DNA of 64,000 nucleotides from a virus (Duplodnaviria; Caudoviricetes): positions 32,001 to 96,000 of IMG/VR virus record IMGVR_UViG_3300028591_000081. One strand, given 5' to 3'. Shown here piece after piece: positions 57,001 through 64,000 of the stretch. Within the stretch, counting starts at the first letter, position 1. Each line of letters opens with the position of its first letter. Position numbers and translations under genes: made by a program. Below the pieces are notes generated by a model. That model did not search any database and was not told where the DNA came from. It saw only the letters and a program-made list of their open reading frames with translations.

Positions 57001-58894
57001 CAGAGCCTTCCTGCCGAAAGATGATGACTGCTATGTGGTGTCCATAGACATGAAGGCCGAAGAACTGAGACTTGTAGCCAACATTTACAACGAGAAGACT
57101 TGGGCCGATGCGTTCATTCACGGTAAGGATGTTCATAAAGCGTGCTATTCCCCCGACACGGAGTTCCTTGTTCTCAAACATGGATGGATGACGGCGGATC
57201 GTATCACGGCAAACATGGAGATAGCTTATTACGATCCAATGGATGATGAGGTGAAGTTTTCTAAGGCCGGGAAACGGTATTCACACGAAGCATCCGAAGT
57301 CTACACGCATCCAACTCTCTTTAATGTCACCGACAATCATCGCATGTGGATTGGTACCCCAGATGTAGGATTCCGTATTGTGCGAGCCTCCGAACTTAAA
57401 TCCCAAGGAAATCCGAAGCAGAAGTTCAGAATGAAGACTGCGGTCGGCCAGCGAACGTCTTTTCGATTCATAGAAGCCTCGTGGGGACGGAAGATGGGAC
57501 AGTATTTCTGCTATGGCTTCATGTACTTTGCCCCACATTATTCTGATGAGGACGGCTTTGTTCACATCACGCTGGATTCTCCATGCCCGAAATGTCCATA
57601 CGACTTTTCCATATTCCTGCATTCAGGGGACTTTTCTTCGACGGAGTTCTCTGTCGATAAAGAACTGTCCTTGGGCTTCAAGTCCTTTGAAGCATCACAC
57701 CCTTGCACAGACCTCTTTTCTTTAGCAAAGACCGAGTACAAGGATGAGCCTATATTCCTTCAGGATTTCGTGTACGGTATGCTCATGTACCTTTCGTCCA
57801 CAAAGTTTAATACACTCAATCTTGGAGACGGTTCAAAAGTGTCCGGCAAAGTTGTAGTGTCGTCAAAGGAACATGCTGACGCGATTCAGTGGTTACTGAT
57901 GCTTACGGGTTCCACCTGTCGGGTGGCTCCATCCAAGAGTTCCTTGTACGGGGAAGGGGCTTATGTTCTTACGATATTCTCTGATGTGTCGTCCTTACCC
58001 AAGTCTCTTGGTTCCACGTTTGGTTCTGTCAAGCAGAAGAACATTGCCGAAAAGCATTTGACCTATTCCTGTTTCAGCGTGCCAAGCGGTCTTCTTGTTA
58101 CAAGGTACAAGGGACAGATCACGGTGAACGGAAATACGGCCATCAAGCTGTTTGGAGAAGAGAACTACTCGAAAGAAGCTCGAAAGAAGGCAAAGGTCGC
58201 CAGCTTTGGAATTTTGTACGGAAGTGGTGCGCAGGGATTCAACTCATCATTCCCAGAAATGTCTCTGGATGAGTGCCGACAGTTTCTTGCCAAGTTCAAG
58301 GAGGCTCTTCCGTCCATTGAACAGGGACAGGCTGAAAATGTGTCCTATGCCCGGGAACACGGAACCATCAACACTGGATTTGGTAGACAGCGTAGAGTTC
58401 GAAGCTACTTCCAGTCTGGAGATAGGGCACAGATAGCCTTTGCTGAAAGAACGGTAAAAAATTCCGTTGTACAAGGTACTGCCGCTGATGTTTTGAAACT
58501 CATATTTTGTCGCCTGTGGGCCAATGTTTTCAAACCTTACCCAGACGTGACTTTCATGTCCACCATTCACGATGAAGTGAACTTTTCCATGCCGAAGCGA
58601 CTTGCACGTGAAGTGATTCCTATCTGCATGGAGTGCATGACTATCCGAAGGGATGATTGGCCTGTTACGTTGGAATGTTCCCTATCTATTGGCCGAGACT
58701 CTTTAGGTGACTTGATACCGTTTACTTACAACAAGGAAACAAAGGAATTCATACCAGAATGGGAAGAGTCAAGCGAAGTCTTGAAGAAGCGCGTGGGGCA
58801 TGTGGAAACCAAGCCTGCGGATAACGAGTCTTTGGACGTTGAAGAGTTTGATGACCCTTACTTTGGATTACCTCCCGAGGCTTGTGAGTTCTGA
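54098..58894 (+). CDS. family A DNA polymerase with 3'-5' exonuclease and three inteins
   Basis: ExoI DTETSG, ExoII N..FD, ExoIII YA..D, TGRLS, motif A DMKAEELR, motif B RKKAKVASFGILYG, motif C IHDE. Confidence 0.95.
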   Translation: MSIDSSSKAALHKGYKHWCPEVEPREDWDKDFNFVLIRSIEELKKLDVEHKFVAWDTETSGLNPDIDWLVGFSFSFDGLTGYYVPVKHDDIALGKEALDIFYSILSKAGTQFLYNCRFDQRFFEAAGYSLEGLRYYDVMNAIWLADTNVLMPSLKASERRFLGWIPKTFSETLGEATTFQHVPAEDAYKYACTDALGTYHLALISNQFYKESYPASKYDNDALYPMMRLENTPQRLDLEYLKSLCSSVETRIEESLQQVYQLAGCTFNVNSPAQFGKIMLERFGVDTGVRTPTGAMKADLKTLEAWLVKHGSKVSPEVKDFLSAYKEYKKTVKFKSSYLDKYIKAAEDSETFPIRFSYKFQSVPCLTENNTVLTKSRGFVSIKDVQSEDMIWTSWGYKRVLWNHSHEVDEFYRVTLKNGMTLEGTGHHPVLVRKSPLEKVAYSGMTKDDVEWAGIQDLKPDEPVVINHVHASLSCSDPWKSSLARIMGYFYGKGKMTDGVLMSLCFDNPDLASHYAGWMKSLFGDKKVSQYDVDKGKVEYSITRQTLAKFLAEHEVIPTVEEDRLGNLKVKPVSTYTKVADRLSRMPDTFRHFLAGYLDSAKTSARELGYKEIPEDWDDGITTDRVVFVIPSACKDVIIPMFWASAIGCKVTDHTFKTWFGEGKVTRVEVSDPCSLSNLLSLWNNLDVGLARFSCVELPNTFRLYTESMVQSVERVSAKNTVYDIEVEDVHEYVAGGIVTHNTGRLSCGGDKKNSFFTQNNVQCLEEDTSVITSEGIKPIKQVNTGDLVWTGSEFAPCQQLGSKTCSVLKISTDCGEVVCSAEHLVLASDSRHGTGEFRHAGELKVGQFMKRAGFEGERRKSNVRNKSEFRLDDDGYSPSRIERIERVGEAVCYDLFVPKFERFVANGFIVHNSTPKPHSLMVKGRKATQEEIDQGKDLLGWYLSNDIPDDEAVGLVEGMDPDHFNLRRAFLPKDDDCYVVSIDMKAEELRLVANIYNEKTWADAFIHGKDVHKACYSPDTEFLVLKHGWMTADRITANMEIAYYDPMDDEVKFSKAGKRYSHEASEVYTHPTLFNVTDNHRMWIGTPDVGFRIVRASELKSQGNPKQKFRMKTAVGQRTSFRFIEASWGRKMGQYFCYGFMYFAPHYSDEDGFVHITLDSPCPKCPYDFSIFLHSGDFSSTEFSVDKELSLGFKSFEASHPCTDLFSLAKTEYKDEPIFLQDFVYGMLMYLSSTKFNTLNLGDGSKVSGKVVVSSKEHADAIQWLLMLTGSTCRVAPSKSSLYGEGAYVLTIFSDVSSLPKSLGSTFGSVKQKNIAEKHLTYSCFSVPSGLLVTRYKGQITVNGNTAIKLFGEENYSKEARKKAKVASFGILYGSGAQGFNSSFPEMSLDECRQFLAKFKEALPSIEQGQAENVSYAREHGTINTGFGRQRRVRSYFQSGDRAQIAFAERTVKNSVVQGTAADVLKLIFCRLWANVFKPYPDVTFMSTIHDEVNFSMPKRLAREVIPICMECMTIRRDDWPVTLECSLSIGRDSLGDLIPFTYNKETKEFIPEWEESSEVLKKRVGHVETKPADNESLDVEEFDDPYFGLPPEACEF
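55190..56323 (+). mobile_element. intein 1 in DNA polymerase (378 aa, degenerate LAGLIDADG)
   Basis: P|CLTENN...GTGHHP...VYDIEV...THN|TGRLS. Confidence 0.92.
56387..56836 (+). mobile_element. mini-intein 2 in DNA polymerase (150 aa)
   Basis: Q|CLEEDT...CSAEH...CYDLFV...FVANGFIVHN|S. Confidence 0.92.
57143..58135 (+). mobile_element. intein 3 in DNA polymerase (331 aa)
   Basis: DVHKA|CYSPDTE...VTDNHRM...CFSVPSG...VNGN|TA. Confidence 0.88.
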
Positions 58895-58990
58895 GAGTCT
58901 ATCCAATACAGATGATTGTTGTACGCGGGGTTCATTGAGTACGTTTCGACGAACCCCACAATGAACCCTCTAGTAGCGTAGGAGCAAAAC

Positions 58991-60037
58991 ATGATTATTC
59001 ATCGAGCGAAATCTGAGTCCGGCAAAAAGCCGACGCGTCTTACCCAGTTACGTATGGAACGTCAGCGTCGCTATGAAGCTGATGAAGAACAGAACAATCA
59101 GGTCGAAATTCCTGACAATATGAAAAATTCTCAGAGTTATACAGACTTTGTGAAGCATCTGGCTTCCAATGTCAGTGACCCGAAAGCCAAGGCGTGGATT
59201 GATTATGCCTTCGGTGGCGAGAATGAAGACATTCAGTTTGATGCAGAGCCTGAGAAGGCTTATCCTGTGAAAGACCTCAAGCCTACCCAGAACTTTATTG
59301 GTCTTGAGAACTCCATCGGTTGGACAGTGAACAATCCAGACAAGGCTGGCGACGGTCTCAAGAAAATGCTTCTGGAAAAATCTCCTGAGATGAAACCCGG
59401 TTCGGCCATTTGGATCTTCAATGGTGAGTTCATCATTGACGGACATCATCGTTGGTCTCAGGTTTATGCCTTCAATCCTGATGCAAAGATTGTTGCCATT
59501 AACTTCAAGTGTAACCAGAAGCTGAAGCCTCAACAGGCTCTGGCCGCCGTTCAGGGCGTTATCGCTTCCGTGGTCGGGAAGGTTCCTATCGCTACCAGCA
59601 AAGTTGATGGTAAAGAGAAGACGGCTTCGAACGTCCTGAAGGATTCAGAAGACACGATGCTCAAGGCCGCTCAGGATTGTCTGAATGAGTCTGCCAAGAA
59701 GGATGAGTTCGTGGACCTTTGTGAGAGCATTGTTGAAAGCAAGAATGCTGAAGACCGTGAAATCGGTTCGATTCGTTCCGGCTTTGATGACGATGATTCT
59801 GATGCCGCAAAAGTACTGACTTATGCAGTACGTAACTGTCTCAAACTCAAGAGTGGTAACAATGCCGTTCAGGGTGCTCCTGACCGTGAGTACATGCCTC
59901 AGACTGATGGCGGAAAGGGAGCAGACAAGAGTGTTCCTTCGCAGGTTCAGGCCAAGCTCACGACTGGTGTTGACGATATTGTTACCAAGGTCGAAAATCG
60001 TTTGCCCCGTGGGATTCGTAAAAAGTATATCGGATAA
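58991..60037 (+). CDS. ParB/Srx-like domain protein, possible internal head protein
   Basis: LKPTQ...IIDGHHRW; Arg-rich leader ending RRYE. Confidence 0.7.
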   Translation: MIIHRAKSESGKKPTRLTQLRMERQRRYEADEEQNNQVEIPDNMKNSQSYTDFVKHLASNVSDPKAKAWIDYAFGGENEDIQFDAEPEKAYPVKDLKPTQNFIGLENSIGWTVNNPDKAGDGLKKMLLEKSPEMKPGSAIWIFNGEFIIDGHHRWSQVYAFNPDAKIVAINFKCNQKLKPQQALAAVQGVIASVVGKVPIATSKVDGKEKTASNVLKDSEDTMLKAAQDCLNESAKKDEFVDLCESIVESKNAEDREIGSIRSGFDDDDSDAAKVLTYAVRNCLKLKSGNNAVQGAPDREYMPQTDGGKGADKSVPSQVQAKLTTGVDDIVTKVENRLPRGIRKKYIG

Positions 60038-60048
60038 AGGAGACTGCT

Positions 60049-60540
60049 ATGATCAAGGATATGCGTAAACAACCTCGCTTTAGAACTATTAACAACGAAG
60101 GACGACAGACGGGACGTAATTCTCGTATCCGTTCTCGCCGTCTCGAAAAGTTTACTGGTCAAGACCGTGCTCTTGCCAAACAGCTTGACGACATTTGCAG
60201 TTCTGTTTCTGGACGTGAGATTGAGAATACTGTCCAGCTCCGTACCATTCTCTCAAAAATTGAACGCGGTGCAGAGGCTTTAGGTTGCCGTTTCAAACTC
60301 GCTCTTATGGACGGATTCAATGGTAGTCCTCATTACGATGAGTACACGGTGGATGAGTTCTGTGTGAAAGCTAAACGCTACCTTCCTGCTGATGATGACA
60401 CCTTCGTGGAGGTCATGTTCGTAGACGGTGAACCCGGCGACCAGTACATGCTGGTCTGGACGGACGATGATCACGAAGAGATCACGGAGTTTGCGCAGTT
60501 CATTTTTGATGCGCCCTCTGACGGTCGTATTGGCCTGTAA
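60049..60540 (+). CDS. hypothetical protein with Arg-rich leader
   Basis: AAGGAG RBS. Confidence 0.65.
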   Translation: MIKDMRKQPRFRTINNEGRQTGRNSRIRSRRLEKFTGQDRALAKQLDDICSSVSGREIENTVQLRTILSKIERGAEALGCRFKLALMDGFNGSPHYDEYTVDEFCVKAKRYLPADDDTFVEVMFVDGEPGDQYMLVWTDDDHEEITEFAQFIFDAPSDGRIGL

Positions 60541-60557
60541 TCCGCATCCCTTGATGC

Positions 60558-60589
60558 AAAAGAGCCAGCAAATCGCTGGCTCTTTTTTT
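60558..60589 (+). terminator. intrinsic terminator
   Basis: AAAAGAGCCAGC / GCTGGCTCTTTT followed by T-run. Confidence 0.85.
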
Positions 60590-60590
60590 A

Positions 60591-60631
60591 TGGTGCTAGG
60601 CCCAACCCCTATCACAGCCTTGTGGTATAAT
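60591..60631 (+). promoter_or_regulatory. phage TGGTGCTA-N24-TGG-TATAAT promoter
   Basis: One-mismatch motif copy with a perfect extended -10, right after the terminator. Confidence 0.72.
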
Positions 60632-60705
60632 GGTGTGTGCCTTTGGTGAGGCGGCACTGAAGGCTCTTGTTCCTACGTCTTGTCTCTCGGTAAGGAGATT
60701 CAGTC

Positions 60706-61431
60706 ATGGCACGTTCCAAGGAAATTGACGTTGCGTCGTTACTCCGTATGAATATCGACGGGGTATGTGCCCTTCATGTTTACCTGCCTTATCTCAAGGT
60801 TGGAACATGCAAAGACATGGACGTGAGGTGTCGAAGGTTTGTAGCCTTTTTGGAATGGGCGGCCTCGGATGATGTGGAGGCTCATTGGGAACCCAACCTT
60901 TTGACACAGTATGCTGAACACCTACGGACTTTGGGGAATGCAGAACGAACCGTGTCTGCGAAAGTCTCAAACATTCGTCAGTTCCTTTTGTGTGCTGAAG
61001 CCGAAGACGTTATTCCTCAGGTGGTTGTGTATGCCAAACGTGGGCGTAAACCAAAAGAACGTCCGTCAATTCCAAAGGTATTCGTCGGAAAGCCCTTGAG
61101 GACATGCAGAACGAAACGTACCTCAGGTTTCAAAAAGACATTCATGTACGACCTGTTTGGTATGGAAATGGAGACGTTTTCCAGCGATGCCTTAAAACGG
61201 TCGTATCGCCGTCTTGCTAACCTGCTCCATCCTGACCATTCAGATTGCTCTCCGGAGTATTTCGTAGCCTGTAATGATGCCTACAACTTTCTGATGAGTT
61301 CTGTACGCCGTCTGTCTTATAACCACTACATTCAGGGTAAGTCAGATACCATGCAGGTTCCTGATTTTGTCCGGGATGTGTACAACCGCATGGGTGGATA
61401 CACCACCCTAAACAAGCTGATGTGTGCTTGA
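60706..61431 (+). CDS. integrase core-binding (SAM-like) domain plus DnaJ J-domain protein
   Basis: QYAEHL...GNAERTVSAKVSNIRQFL; LKRSYRRLANLLHPD...F...NDAY..L...R..Y. Confidence 0.7.
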   Translation: MARSKEIDVASLLRMNIDGVCALHVYLPYLKVGTCKDMDVRCRRFVAFLEWAASDDVEAHWEPNLLTQYAEHLRTLGNAERTVSAKVSNIRQFLLCAEAEDVIPQVVVYAKRGRKPKERPSIPKVFVGKPLRTCRTKRTSGFKKTFMYDLFGMEMETFSSDALKRSYRRLANLLHPDHSDCSPEYFVACNDAYNFLMSSVRRLSYNHYIQGKSDTMQVPDFVRDVYNRMGGYTTLNKLMCA

Positions 61432-61451
61432 TTACTCATAGGGAGAGATGA

Positions 61452-63116
61452 ATGGCTAAAAAGTTCGATGTACGTTCGACGTGGAAATACACTGGATACA
61501 CTTTGTCACCAGAGCAGGAAGCCGCATTGGAAAAAATACGTAAAATGCGTTCCAGTGTCGTAGCTTTGAGTTGTGGTCTTGGAAAGACGCTTACTGCTCT
61601 TCATTATGCTCAGGAATTGGTAGACAAAGGAGTGGATGGGTACAAAGCTCCAGTTCGATGTGTGTTCGCCGTGCCGAAAGCCGCAACCCATGCGTTCGAG
61701 AGAGAGTTCGTAACCAAGCTCGGTAAAGAGTACCTGCTTCTGACCTGTAAGCATAAGAACGTGACATGGGGAGATGTGGACAAGCATTCGTTTATCATTG
61801 TCGAACAGTCGTACCTCAAGACGATTTTACCAGCATTGGTGAAGGTGGCTGAGACCTATCCGACGTACCTGTTCATTGACGAGGCGCACTGCTTACAGGA
61901 TGACAAAACAGAATTGTCGAAATCGTTGCTTGCCATTCGTGAGAAGTGTCTTGGGGTGGTAGCAATGACCGGAACGCCACTGATGAACAGCATTGAGGGT
62001 CTGTTCAATCTGTACCATTTCGTGTTCCCTAAAGTGTTCCCGTCATGGAACGCATTTCGGAACCGATACTGTATCACGAAAGACCGAGAAATCTACATGC
62101 GGAAGAAAGGTCAGGCATTCAACCCCTATGGAAATAAGCGTATCATCAAGGAGATTATTGGGTACCAGAATATGGAAGAACTCAACAAGTACCTTGATAT
62201 GCTCACCATCAAGGGATCAAAGAAGTACAACACGGACTATCAGTTCTTGAAATGTGATCTCGATCCTTGTCGGGAAGAGTCCTATGTACAGGCCGCACAG
62301 GGCCTTCTTGTTACTAAGGAAGCCAAAGACTGGGGTGCCAGACTGCACGATCTTCAGCGTGTGGTGGATGGTAATCCTCAGATACGAGATGATGGTACCC
62401 TTGTACCCTATCCGCCCGGGGTCGTTCCGAACAAACAGAAGCTCTTACTGGATTGCCTGAAGCAGGTAATGGAACGGGATGAGGCTTGTCTTGTGTATGT
62501 TGAGTATCTTGAAACCGTGGACATGATAAAAGGGTTCCTTGAGTCTCAAAAAGACCTACTTGGGTACCATGCCATTCATGTGTTGAGTGGGGAGATTCCT
62601 GAAGCTACGCGAGCGTCGATTGAAGTGTTGATGGAAAAACGAGACATCGTTCTGATGACCTCCTCAGGAACGGCTTCCAGAAACTTGCAGAAGGCAAATA
62701 ACCTCATTTTGTTCAACACCTCATTCAGTCTCGGGAATATCATTCAAACCATTGGACGGATATGTCGTACAGACTCAGCCTTTGACACCCAGCACATCTA
62801 TGTTCTGGAAGTGGATGGTACAATCGACACGTACAAGGTAATGCTGTTCAAGGATCATCTAGCCTTGGTGGACAAGCTCATGGGTAGTGAATGTCGTTCG
62901 ACACTTACATGCGATTATGTGGAGATCGACCGTAGCCGCATGGACTACATCAAGAAATCCATCCTGTGGCAGAAGGGGGCCGGTAGTACCATCAGGGGAG
63001 GTAAGAGTCGCGGAAAGAAAAAGTCTGCGGACGAACTGCTTGAGAACCTCAAGGGCGCAGGAACCATCATAAAGAAAGCGAACTTCGACGACCCTTCATG
63101 GGGCCTCGATCTGTGA
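61452..63116 (+). CDS. SNF2-like SF2 helicase
   Basis: Q motif, CGLGKT, IDEAH, MTGTPL.N, RNLQ.AN, QTIGRICR. Confidence 0.88.
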   Translation: MAKKFDVRSTWKYTGYTLSPEQEAALEKIRKMRSSVVALSCGLGKTLTALHYAQELVDKGVDGYKAPVRCVFAVPKAATHAFEREFVTKLGKEYLLLTCKHKNVTWGDVDKHSFIIVEQSYLKTILPALVKVAETYPTYLFIDEAHCLQDDKTELSKSLLAIREKCLGVVAMTGTPLMNSIEGLFNLYHFVFPKVFPSWNAFRNRYCITKDREIYMRKKGQAFNPYGNKRIIKEIIGYQNMEELNKYLDMLTIKGSKKYNTDYQFLKCDLDPCREESYVQAAQGLLVTKEAKDWGARLHDLQRVVDGNPQIRDDGTLVPYPPGVVPNKQKLLLDCLKQVMERDEACLVYVEYLETVDMIKGFLESQKDLLGYHAIHVLSGEIPEATRASIEVLMEKRDIVLMTSSGTASRNLQKANNLILFNTSFSLGNIIQTIGRICRTDSAFDTQHIYVLEVDGTIDTYKVMLFKDHLALVDKLMGSECRSTLTCDYVEIDRSRMDYIKKSILWQKGAGSTIRGGKSRGKKKSADELLENLKGAGTIIKKANFDDPSWGLDL

Positions 63117-63210
63117 AAAAACTATGGTACTTTAAGATCCTCAGCGAGGTTGGCGGAAATCAAATCCCTTGTGTTTCGTCAACCAGTGATCCTGTTATCG
63201 GAGACTTATC

Positions 63211-64000
63211 ATGCCAAGAGATTATGCAGACAGCGATGTCGATGTGAAAAAGTTACAATGGGTAAAGTCAAGTGATTACCTTCGTGTGAATACCTGTGTG
63301 GACAATGTGGACAAACTTACGGGTCTGTTCAACGACGGCCCGTGTGATGTCGTCAAGAGTGCTAAGGAATCTTCTTGTGGTATTTATGTGGAGTATCCTA
63401 ATCCCGGCGCAACTCCAACGAAATTTTCACTGAATGAACGTACTCAGTATGTTTCGACTTCGGTAGGTAATATCAAGATCGGTTCCAAAAACTTGCAGGA
63501 CTGTATTCATTATGACTCTGCTCCCGGCCTTATCAAGGTCATTACGGTGTGTCACGATGCTCAGGGTAACTTTGAAGGGGCGACGACATACTTCATCCAG
63601 CGCGTGAGTGTCCGAAATGCTGAAGACATCACTTCGGCAGACCGACAAGACGATGGAGCTTCTCAGGATGCGGCCAGTCAGCAGGATACTCAGAACCAAC
63701 AAGACTCTACTGGGAAAGACAGCAGTCAACCTTCGACTCCTGAAAATGACCAAGGTTCCGGTCAATCTCCCAAAGAAGCTCCGAAAGAGAGTCTGGTGAA
63801 GAGAGATCGTTACGGTCGTATGATCCCTGTCTCCATTCTGCAAAGATACGAAGCAGAAGGAGACAATGCCGGGCAAGCCTCAGACAATACAGACCTTGAA
63901 GTCGAAGTCATTGAAAAGTCCGCACAGAGTTTCCTTTCTGGAAAATTTGCACAAGGTCTTCTGGATCTGACCAATCAGTATTATGAAGCTCAGCTCATCG
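63211..64000 (+). CDS. hypothetical protein, partial (runs off window)
   Basis: GGAG RBS; MPRDYADSDVDV... reads open to the window end. Confidence 0.6.
   Translation, partial: MPRDYADSDVDVKKLQWVKSSDYLRVNTCVDNVDKLTGLFNDGPCDVVKSAKESSCGIYVEYPNPGATPTKFSLNERTQYVSTSVGNIKIGSKNLQDCIHYDSAPGLIKVITVCHDAQGNFEGATTYFIQRVSVRNAEDITSADRQDDGASQDAASQQDTQNQQDSTGKDSSQPSTPENDQGSGQSPKEAPKESLVKRDRYGRMIPVSILQRYEAEGDNAGQASDNTDLEVEVIEKSAQSFLSGKFAQGLLDLTNQYYEAQLI

Noticed and set aside
60706-61431. Functional integrase or temperate lifestyle
   Set aside because: No R-H-R-Y catalytic domain; the C-terminus is a J-domain
63427-63876. ORF 63427..63876 (-)
   Set aside because: Antisense to an open + strand ORF from 63211 that the track missed because it lacks a stop within the window
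1-64000. Stop-codon reassignment
   Set aside because: Conserved genes are full length in code 11, and TAG, TGA and TAA all end genes at expected positions
1-64000. tRNA or rRNA genes
   Set aside because: No cloverleaf with T-loop GTTCRA and acceptor stem recognised in intergenic gaps by eye; tRNAscan-SE would be decisive

Overview
This 64 kb window comes from a large, T4-like dsDNA tailed phage in the standard genetic code. It carries terminase large subunit, a gp20-like portal, a gp26/gp51-like baseplate pair, and a family A DNA polymerase with three inteins. It also has SF1 and SNF2 helicases, RecA/UvsX, a gp32-like SSB, a RuvC-like resolvase, ATP-dependent ligase, anaerobic RNR nrdD (one intein)/nrdG, thyX, tdk, a dNK, HU, a Dam-like MTase, amidase, SLT and overlapped spanins. 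Spanins plus class III RNR suggest an anaerobic or facultative Gram-negative host (inference). Genes run mostly on - left of ~16.1 kb and mostly on + right of ~17.5 kb. Main signals read from the DNA: (1) a phage-specific promoter class in 13 copies: TGGTGCTG box, 23-24 nt, TGN and a -10 hexamer, with no -35; (2) a 1.3 kb terminator-bounded non-coding hub at the strand switch, with two face-to-face consensus sigma54 -24/-12 sites, palindromes, iteron-like repeats and two ~130 bp hairpin units (origin candidate); (3) a formate/nitrite channel gene near a formate-type (MGCR) class III RNR; (4) tail-tube-like domains in non-structural genes, one fused to NrdG; (5) an integrase core-binding domain fused to a J-domain. 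All product calls come from motif recognition by eye; no searches were run.
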